DNA from: Blasia pusilla
Taxonomy: Eukaryota
Length of the DNA: 64,000 nucleotides
Direction: 5' to 3'
NCBI GenBank assembly: GCA_050084515.1
Contig: CM114271.1
Location: forward strand, 24,738,001 to 24,802,000
Made by a program: the position numbers and the translations under genes. The notes beneath the pieces were generated by a model. It was not told where the DNA came from and did no database searches. It was given only the letters and a program-made list of their open reading frames with translations. This document shows, piece by piece, positions 53,901-64,000 of the stretch (position 1 is the first letter of the stretch; every line of letters begins with the position of its first letter).

Positions 53901-55949
53901 TAAACTTTCCATATTATGCATGATATGTGTAAGCAAATGTAAATCCCAATGTTTGGAGAATACATTGGAAAGGAAGAATTTTTCAATAATTCGAGTCTCA
54001 TTTTGGGGTGGAAAATTAGTACTTTGGTATTGGACAATACTTCCATAAATGATGTCACCTTACACATTTAATATTTTTTCTGCATGCTATGCCCATATTT
54101 ATTTCTTCCATGCCATCATTTAAAGTGTAGCTATATCTCCCATGTCCTTGATCATTATCATTGTGGTGGTGATAATTGTATTAAAAAAGAGAAGTCTTAA
54201 AAAAATAATTCTTGTTATTTGTAAGACAAGGAGTTTTTCTTCTTACTTTAATAGAATACATCATAAAAATTATATTTTGTATGTCCAATTAAGAATTGAA
54301 TTGAAATGGATTTAGGCCTCTTTACTAATTGGAAAGTCTATATGCACATGTGAGCAAGTGTTTGAGAGGAGAGTAATGATTGTTGCAAATATGAGGGTTG
54401 AGATGGCCATACAATCCTTGACACATATTATAGAATCTTCCAATATGGGTGGACATGCCATAAGACTAGTAACAAGTAGAATAGATATACCATATGGTGT
54501 TTAGGTCATTACTCAAGATTTATTAATAACCCTAAACCCTTAAACACATGAAATCTAGATGTTCAGACATAATAAAGGGGGAAAGAGGGATGCATTGAAG
54601 ATGAGGTGAAGCCAATATAGCAAATGGAAAAGAATGAAAAATTAAATCTTTACAAAAGAAGATCAATATGACACTATGAAAGATAATAAATTCTTAAAAT
54701 TGTGTAAGTCCAAAGTCTAGAAAATCCATATTAGAAGCCCTTCCATAATGTGAGACAAATGAAATCTCATAGAATAGTATATACAAAGAAGGATGTTCTT
54801 AAATGGAATAACCTCTATTTTTTTTGGTGATTTCATGTGTTTCTCAATCTTGGGATTAATAGATATAATCATGAAATTACAAAAGATCATAAGTGTAGTT
54901 TTGTCACGATTTCATTTATCTATATTTGATTTTTCATCATTTGGGGTTTATGTGATTCACGAAAAGAAAAAAATCTCAAAATTTATAGATGTGGAATTTT
55001 TCGTTAAATAGATCATAAACTAAGGTGTAATTTTGAGCGATTAAGTACAACATACAAAAAATATACCAACTCAATATTTTCCATACCATTACTTGTATAT
55101 GAGTATCTCCTAACAATGGCACATTCTGTAGAATGTGCCTTTGATTACATGTTTGCCTTTGATAAATATTGTAATAATTATAGTATTTCCCAAAATTATG
55201 GTCAACTTCAAATTCGTCTAACAAAGCCCCCAACCAATTAATGAATAACCTTGACATGGCCAACCAAATATCACCAAATGAATGGTGGTAACCTTGACTT
55301 GATCATGTGCCTCTAACAATGAAGAATTTCTTGCAACATAGTTTCATGGTTGCACACAAATAGAAAATTTTGATCCTTCGGTGGACAAGTGTGGATATGT
55401 CTACAAGCATGAATTGCAAGAGGTGGGACCCACACTTTATAGTTCATGATGGAAGCCTAGTGGGGCAATAAGGGGGGAGGGAGTGAAGGGGGAGGGAGGA
55501 AGAAACGGGAGAGTATGAAACATGAAGACAAGAGGGGGGAAAGAGAAAGAAGGGGAAGATGGGGCCTACATGGACAAGTCTTTCCACAAGACGGACGTAA
55601 GTCCATGGATATTGACATGTTGCGTACATTATTATCTATGTACTTTCAGTATTGGTAATAACTCAACACTAGAAGAATTGTGTGGTTTTTATGACTAGGC
55701 TTCAAATGACTTGCCGAAAGAATGACTCAAAGTATGACTAAAATGGTTTAGTCCTAAAATTTAAGGTTCCACAACTCACCTAGTCATGTACTTATTACTA
55801 AAGTAGTTATTAATATCCTTTAGTAAAGAGTAGTTGTACTTCTTTCACTTGCCTAGTAATACACAGTCATAAATAACGACTAGTGTGTTTTTGTGATCTC
55901 ATGTCCAATGATAACGTGTTTTTTAATGCTGTTGGGATATATAAATATA

Positions 55950-58130
55950 TATATGTCCTACGTTCCTAGGACTGGGTTGCCCCTCGGGAAAAAAATTGAA
56001 CATTCTTGCATCCGTGAATCAGGCGGAAACGTACTAAAAGAGGGCTCACGTATGAAGAGAATGTTCCACATCTCTCTGCCATTTTCATGTCATCATGGAG
56101 TTAACAAAATTTTTCACAACTTTGGATGGCAATGAAAGTTAACACAAGCCAAGGTCCTAAATCCTTCCACTGCTTCAACGGTTCAGATCTGGCAGTTAGC
56201 TCTCCATGCTCAAACCAAAAAGGAAAGACCACTTTACAGTTCACGATTTTTAATTCCATGTGTGAGTGGTCATTTGAAGTTTTTTCTTGCCCTCTGTTCC
56301 ACGGTAAAGGGTACACTAGTAGGAATATTTTCATAATTTTAGGGCCCCCTATGGAGGGTGTAGGATACAAAAAGCGATGCCAAGAAAGAGGAAGAGGGCA
56401 TTGAGTAGGATTGTTTTGAGTCTTGATGGCATTTTCATTGTATCATGAAGTTAACTTTTTCTTCCACCATTGGATGGTGATGAAACCTGGCACACATCAT
56501 GGTCTTAAATCCCTCCAAATCTTGAACGGTTCAGATCTGCCAGCTAGCTCTCCGTGCTCAAACCAAAAATGAAATATCAGTTTTAGGGTTTACAATTTTT
56601 AATTCCATGTGTGAGTGTTCATTTGAAGTTTTTTCTTCTTCCCTCTGTTCCTGGGTTAGGGTTGCCATCTAGGAGCAAGTTTTCTGATTTTTGGGCACCA
56701 TGTGGAGGGTGGAGGGTACAAAAAGCGACGCGAAGAAGGAGGAAGAGGGCGTTGAGTAGGATTGTTTCGAGTCTTGATGGCATTTTCATTTTATCATGAA
56801 GTTAAATTTTTTCTCCCACCATTGGATGGTGATGAAACCTGGCATATATCAAAGCCTTAAATCTTTCCACATCTTGAACGGTTCAGATCTACCACTTAGC
56901 TCTTTGTGCTCAAACCAAAAATGAAAGATCAGTTTTAGGGTTTATGATTTTTAATTCCATGTGTGAGTGTTCATTTGAAGTTTTTTCTTTGTCCCTGTGT
57001 TCCTGGGTTAGGGTTTCCATCCAGGAGGAAGTTTTATGATTTTTGGGCACCATGTGGAGGATGGAGGGTACAAAAAGCGACGCCGAGAAGGAGGAAGAGG
57101 GTGTTGAGTAGGATTGTTTCGAGTCCTAATGGCATCTTCATTTTATCATGAAGTTAATTTTTTCTCCTACCATTGGATGGTGATGAAACCTGGCACACAT
57201 TAAGACCTTCAATTCCTCCACATTTTGAACGGTTAAGATCTTCCAGTTAGCTGTCCGTGCTCAAACCAAAAATGAAAGATCAATTTTAGGGTTTACAAAT
57301 TTTAATTCCATGTGTGAGTGGTCATTTGTAATTTTTTTCTTTTGATCTGTGTTCTTGGAGTTGGGTTGCTCCCCTGGGAACAGTTTCAAGATTTTAGGAG
57401 TCATGGTTAAGTAGAAGGGGAGAAAATGATGGATCAAGAAGAAGGACGAGGACTTTGAGTAGTCTCGTTCCAAGGGGTTGCATTATTCTCATGGTAACAT
57501 AGTGGTTTCTTTTCTTTCCACCATTGGATGGGGATGAATATATTTCCTAGCCTTTCTATTATATTTCTAGAGAACTTCAACGGTTCAGATCTTCCATTGA
57601 AGCTTCCATGCTAATACCAAAAATAAAAAACGTTATTTAGGGTTTACGGTTTTTAATTACATGTGTGAGTGGTCATTTGTAATTTTTTATTTTGTCTTGT
57701 GTTCCTCAAGTTGGGTTTCTTCTCTGGGAAAGTTTTCAAGATTTAAGGACTCATGGTTGAGGAGGAGAGGAGAAAATGATGGATCAAGAAGGAGGACGAG
57801 GACTTTGAGTAGTCTTTTTCTTAGGCGATGTCTCATTTTAATCGTAACATGATGGTAACTTTATTTTCCACCATTGGATGTGGATGAATATTTTTCAGAG
57901 GCTGTCTATTAATGGGGTCCAAAACTTCAACGGTTTAGATCTATAGGTTAACGCTCCATGCTCAAACCTTAAATGGATGATCGATTTTAGGGTTTACGAT
58001 TTTTAGTTTGGTGTGTGAATGGTCATTTGATTTTTTTTATTTTGGCCTCTAACTTGGATTAAGGGTGCCATCTTAAAAAAAGGTTTCATGATTTTTGGGT
58101 CCCATGTGAGGTGCAGGGTACAAAATGACA
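55950..58130. repeat. ~351-bp tandem array, about 6 units, inside the CACTA element
   Basis: An anchor resembling aacggttcagatct recurs at 56177, 56525, 56877, 57228, 57579 and 57929. Confidence 0.95.
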
Positions 58131-58375
58131 AGCCAAGAAAGTACAAAATGACAAGCCAAAGAGAGAGCTTGTAATGTGGACCTTGAGAAAAATGTCACTG
58201 GTGTATGGTGTCGAAGGCAGGGTGATATTGATCTTGATGTTGAAGGCGGGGAGATTTTGGTGAGGACGGTGAGGAGGTTGGAAAAGATCAAAGATACAAC
58301 CTACCTCTGAGATTCATCTGAGGAAGAACCAAAGGCCGTCGAAACCACTGCCCGAGGTGAGTGCACAAATTTGCA

Positions 58376-58510
<135 letters not shown>

Positions 58511-60699
58511 AATGGGAAGGACAAGATCTATACTTCATGAGCTTCTGGTTTCTCTGTTGCTTGCTCTCTCTCTCTAATCTACTACATATATGGTTGTCTC
58601 TTATCTCTGCCTACCTCTCCTTTCCTCTCTCAAATCTGTGTACCTTTGTGCGCGTGCAAGGGTTGAACGATATAAAAGAAGGGCTTTCCCTGCGAGGTTC
58701 TATTCTTTATGTTATAAAAAATTGCTCTTCGAAAGGTTTGATTATTACCAGGTTGTGATGATCTCCGGGAAGTGTTAGCTTATGTATCTTGGCTGGGCTT
58801 TGAGCCTTGCACGCCCTCTCCAGGGAGCTTGAGAGGGAGGCTACTAAAGGTGAGAGAGCGGAGCGCAGAGCACACAAAGGGGGAGGGGGGATGGACTAAA
58901 GCAAAGCAAAGCAAGGTGAAGACGTAGAGAAGAGCAGCCGAGGGCGTTGAGACTGTCATTAGTAGGAGAAAGAAGTGATAGTGTGGTGTGTGAGGATAGT
59001 CGGAAGCCCGTATCGCTGTTCGGCCTGACTGCTCTCGAGGTTTTCCTGCGCCTGCTTTGCGGTTTGTGCGCCATCGATCGGGTGGAGATAGGTGGGAGGA
59101 GATAAGGAGAGGAGCGAGTGTCAAAAATGGTTTACAGAACATTCCTCCATCGTTCCGAGGCCTTGTGCAGTAGCGTGTGGTGTGCGGGGTTTGAATCGTT
59201 GTGTGCTAGGTTTGATTCACTTGGAGAGGAGGAGCTGTCCTATGTGGAATCATGGGCGACGATCTAAGATTTCCCCTGGAACTCACTAGCTGGAGTGTGC
59301 AGAGTAGGGAGCTGTGAGGATTGGACCGGCTCTGAAGGGGTTTGATTTGGAGTTGGAGGTGTGGAGTTTCGGCTTGATTGGATTGGTCATCTGAGGAATG
59401 CTCCAAGGCAACGGTGGTTGTCGATGATCCAGGAAAAGTCGTGCACAGAAGAGTTACAGAATCGAGTTTATCAGCATTCTATCGCAAGTGTCATTATCGA
59501 CATCCAGGAACCATTCAGGGAGACGACGTTGGTAAGGGCACAGGATCGCAGCCATGCCCGGTGAACGTGAGCTCTTGAGTATCCAACACGGCGAACTTAA
59601 GTTTCAATGTATGCCGCATGTGAACTTTCCTTCGTGTATTGTAATTTGATGCCCACCCGTCGTGTTGCGGTTCTTTTCGATTGACTTTCGGGAATCCTTA
59701 GCATTCTCTAGAGTAGGCGTGCACGGTGTCACCTCAACACATGGCGTTGGTTTTGTAGAGCATTTCATGCTCTACGTTCGATCATATATGGCTTGGATCT
59801 TAGCGTTATGTAATATAGTCATGGAAGAGTCATGTGACGGTACTGATTTTATCATGTGAATAGACTTGACACACACGCTTACTGGAAGGATTTATCACCT
59901 GCAAGAAACCTTTTGATTTGTAGCCTACACTTGAACTATTCCTGTTGTGGCTCTTCCCTCCTCCAAAGGCATGATCTTCACTCAGCTGAGATTAGTGACC
60001 GTTCTTTTGTGCAATGTGTGTCCAAATTTTTGGACATAAACCATTTAAAGGCTCCCTTCATGTTGATATGGTTAGTGCTCTCTGTTAATGATTCTTCATG
60101 AGTAATCAAAGTCCTTGCCTTAGAGAATCTGAGTTGAGATGTGAAGGTGACGTAGATAGCACTCGAGTACTGGGGACCTTATTTGTTCTGTGAATCACGA
60201 AACGTCTTCTGACTTGGACCATGGTAATATCTGTATTTTTCCAGCAGATTAGCTTTATAGTTTGTTTGTCTAGATCTTCGCTGGAAACTTATTAAACCAT
60301 GGCCATGATGAAGTGTACATATCAAAGGATTGAGTCATTATCTAAAGTTGGGTGTGTTACATTTGTCATTCAAGAATGTCCTTGGAAGCGTTGGACCACA
60401 TCGTCGAGGATTGTTAGTGACGATTGAAATCTCCATCGAGATAAGTCCCAGGTTACGTATATGTGCCTTATCATACTTGTCTTGACTACACGTGGGTATG
60501 CATTCATCTAAGATAATAGCTCGTCCAGCCGTGGTTTATGGAATTCGTTATTGAGGCAAGATGTCATGGTTTTGGATTTGTTTGGAATGTTTTAGTTCAC
60601 AGTTTGCGGGAATTCACTTCCAATCCCCTTAAAATGGATTTGAACCACCTAGTTAGAGTAAAGGCACACAATTCCAAGTTATGGCAGTGGGAAAAGCAC

Positions 60700-63600
60700 A
60701 CGAGCTAGTGTACTGGGGTGTAAAAGATTGCGGTGTCCATGCAATGACTGTAAGGGTGGGTCTACGTTGTCCATCGGCAAGGTGGAAGCACATTTGAGAA
60801 AAATGGACGCTCGGCGCTTTGTCGAGTGCCAAAATCTAGGGATGGATAGGACTCTTCAGACGAGGAGTGGCTTATGCATGATCTTGCTGAAAAAAGAAGC
60901 CAAGAGGATAAGACAATGGAGTCAGCCCCCACCTTCCATGTGGATGGAAGGGAGAGATCTTCCATGGCAGATATAGACAAGCACATTGACGTTCATAAAA
61001 TACTCAATGATATTTTCCAGAAATACAATCATATACACGAGGATGAAGCTGAAGAGATGTCTCTCCCATCTGATGAATGACCAGAATCAGGAATGTCAAA
61101 CAAAGAACCACTATTCAATCATGGAGATGAATATGAGGAGCTTGCTGAAGCTTGCAAACCCTTGTTCCCTATAGCAAAAACATATGTTTTGGCTTTTGTC
61201 ATGTTACTATTCAACATTCAAACCACCCATGGCATCCCAAATGTAGCTATTGATGAATTTTTGAAACTCCTTTGTAAGTTGGTCCTACCAATAGGGAACT
61301 TGGCGCCACCGAGTTATTATGTAGCAAAAAAACTCATTGGTAAACTAGGCTTAGGTTACAACAATATCTATGCGTGTCCGACTGGTTGTGTTTTATTCCG
61401 GGGTGATTTGGATGAAGCTGAGATCTGTCCATTATGTGGGAAACCAAGGTTCCAGAAAGTGGGTAGAACCTTGGTACCATGTAAGGTGCTAAGGCATTTT
61501 CCTGTCATACCTCGGATGAGACGTATGTTTAGATGCAAGACGTTGCCTAAATTGTTAACCTGGGCCCCCTTGAACTAGAGCAAGGATGGCTTAGTAAGGC
61601 ATACAGCTGATTCCAAGGCATGGCGCAACATGGACAACTTATATCCTGAATTTACTGAGGAGAAGAGGAATTGCAGGTTTGGGCTAGCTTTGGACAGAGT
61701 GAATCCATTTTCAGACAAGTCGAGTTCGTGGTCAACATGGCCCGTGCTCCTTGTTAATTATAACTTGCCTCCCTGGCTCCATACACAAAAATTCTTTGTG
61801 ATGCTCTCTTTGATCATACTAGGAAAGGAGAGTGTAAATGGGAAAAACATAGACACATACTTGCTTCCTCTAGTAGAAGAGTTCTAGGAAATGTGGAAAG
61901 GGGTTCAATTTCATTAAGTTTGGAAGGTAGGCGGAAGTTGGAACTTCATGTTTAGGGCTACCTTACCATGGACCGTAAATGATTACCCGACATACAGAAC
62001 TCTAGCAGGGCAGAGCCACGGTGGAAAACTAGGATGTACTATATGCGGGCCTCAAGTGGATTCTGATTTTTCAAAGTCTTGTGGCAAGCCCATACATGGT
62101 TGTCATCGTCGATATCTCCCATTGAGCCATCCATGGAGGACCTGTAGGTATGGATCTCATTTCAACAGGAGTGCTAAACTTAGACCACGCGTGCCTAGAC
62201 TACTTTCCGAAGAGATTATTGGATGGGCAAATGAAAAACATACATATGATCAGAGTGGGGGTGAAGAAGATAGCCCCACTGATCCCTACAAGAGAACTGG
62301 GGTGAAAAGTCTGAGTATACTATATTCGTTGCCTTATTGGCCAGTATCCTGCTTCCTCTCTATATTATCTATTCTTTATGTTATGAAATAGTGGCTATAG
62401 AGGAGGATAGCTTTTGTTTGATTTGATTGTGGATATTAGCTATTATGTTCAAGTTGTGAGATGTCCATGCTTTCTTGATGATACAATCAGAATTTGCTTA
62501 TACCTCATACGTTAGATGTAATGCACGTTGAGAAGAATATCGTTGAGAATCTAGTCAAGAACTTATTTGGAGTGAAAGATACGGTGAAAGTAAGGAGAGA
62601 TTTGGAGGCCCATGGGATTCAATCCCATTGTGGTTGCAACCCCATCCTAGTAGACCCCAAGTTTTCCTCAAACCAGTTTCCGATTATTGTCTATCTCCCC
62701 ATGACTTGAACACTTTCCTTTTGAGGATTCAGAACTTGAAGGTGCCATCTGGATATTGCGGAGAACTCTCCAAGCATGTGGTTAATCGAAAATTGGGCAA
62801 TATGAAATCACATGATTACCATGTCTTCATTCAGCAAATCCTTCCTTATTGCATCCGTGGTCTTCTGAAGGACCATGTGAGAATGGTGGTTATTAGATTA
62901 TCCGGCATTTTTAGAATGGTGTGTACAAAGGTGTATGATCCAACTTTATTCAACAAACTCCAAGAAGAGATTGCCATAACCCTTTGTCTCTTTGAAATGT
63001 ATTTCCCTCCATCTTTCTTCGACGTGATGACATATTTTTTGATTCATGTCGTAGAAGAATTGGACATATGTGAGCCAGTAGAATGTCGGTGGATGTATCC
63101 AATGGAGCGGTATATGGGGTACATGAAGAAGTATGTATGGTCTAAAGCTAGGCCAGAGGGGTTTATGGCAGAAGGGTATGTGAAGGACGAGGCGTTAGGG
63201 TTTGTGACAGAGTATATGAAAAGGTTTGAAGATGTGCGGACGTGAGTGTGGGATGATGGGGAGGAAGAGGGGGTCGTTGGTGAGGAGCTAGAAGGTGCGG
63301 GCACTCCAGTTCAACTTTCGTGAGAAATTATCAACTTAGCACATCAGTATGTGTTGCATAATACAGAGGTCATGGTTTATTGGCAAAGGTAAAACTCTCC
63401 AATGCATGCAATTCAAGGTTATACTTATGTTAATTACCGTTCGGACTCTCAAAGTGTATATTATTTTGGTATTGACACATTAAATACAAAAGAATGTACT
63501 AATACCATTAACATTGTTATTAAACAGGAAATATCAATCATGTTCAAGAGATATTCCTTTTGAAAAGTGGATCCGCCCTGCCATTACACAGGATGCAATT

Positions 63601-63960
63601 GACAACTCAAAAGACCCTGATGCTCACCTACTATCGTTAGCTATATCTCCTAATAGTAGGGCATTGTCATTCAAGAGTATGAAAGCCTACAAAAACCACT
63701 ACAAGGTAGAAGGGCCAAGTGGTGCAACACCCTTCTCCACTTATGATAGTGGAATAGGTGCAGTATTTTTAGATGAAAAAAAGTTCCAACCAGAATTGTT
63801 TATATTCGTATGTTGGGGTGTTGGTTGATATTCTCTTACTTGATTATGGGATTATAGAACAACCCATAATACTAATGCGAGGGCGGTGGGTTAAGGCATA
63901 TTGGGATTCAAGAGTAGGGTCCATGCAATTGGATAAGGAGGGTTTTTTGTTGGCCAACTT
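60700..63960 (+). pseudogene. CACTA TnpD/Tnp2-type transposase (Transposase_21 with DUF4218-like regions), disrupted
   Basis: RCPCNDC, IYACPTGC, CPLCGKPRF, LRHFPVIPR, RFGLALDRVNPF, STWPVLLVNYNLPPW, DYP, LDVMHVEKN, MKSHDYH, FPPSFFDVM, WMYPMERYM. In-frame stops near 61576, 61885 and 63243, plus frameshifts. Probable introns at about 62345-62490 and 63389-63527. Confidence 0.95.
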
Positions 63961-64000
63961 GAGGTCATGCGAGCCATTAGATCACCAACCATTTGTTTTC

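Noticed and set aside
50950..55600. AT-rich, CpG-depleted block, probably an ancient retroelement or DNA transposon
   Set aside because: Too degraded; I could not recover a diagnostic motif, so no family is assigned.
55950..58130. Regularly spaced repeats as a possible CRISPR-like array
   Set aside because: Whole units are homologous, there are no unique spacers or cas genes, and the context is a eukaryotic TE.

Overview
Eukaryotic land-plant nuclear DNA. The gene content and the short GT-AG introns suggest a non-seed plant such as a bryophyte, but that is an inference. There are three intact-looking spliced host genes: FANCD2 (minus strand, about 31 exons, 5288-19346), plastid ClpP4 (plus strand, 2 exons) and the bifunctional fucokinase/fucose-1-phosphate guanylyltransferase FKGP (minus strand, 7 exons, about 1053 aa). 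They are separated by stacks of dead or nested transposons: a chromovirus 3' end, a Mutator-like MITE, an RLE-type non-LTR fragment, a large decayed Helitron plus four mini-Helitrons, a hAT element with an 8-bp TSD interrupted by a probable solo LTR, and a CACTA element carrying a ~351-bp tandem array. The clearest base-resolved observations are a 198-bp mini-Helitron inserted exactly into the Tyr codon of a large Helitron's helicase motif, an interleaved A-B-A'-B' inverted-repeat structure, the CACTA-borne satellite-like array, and an unexplained ~118-bp dispersed repeat. No CRISPR array and no convincing new protein-coding system was found. All coordinates were read by eye.
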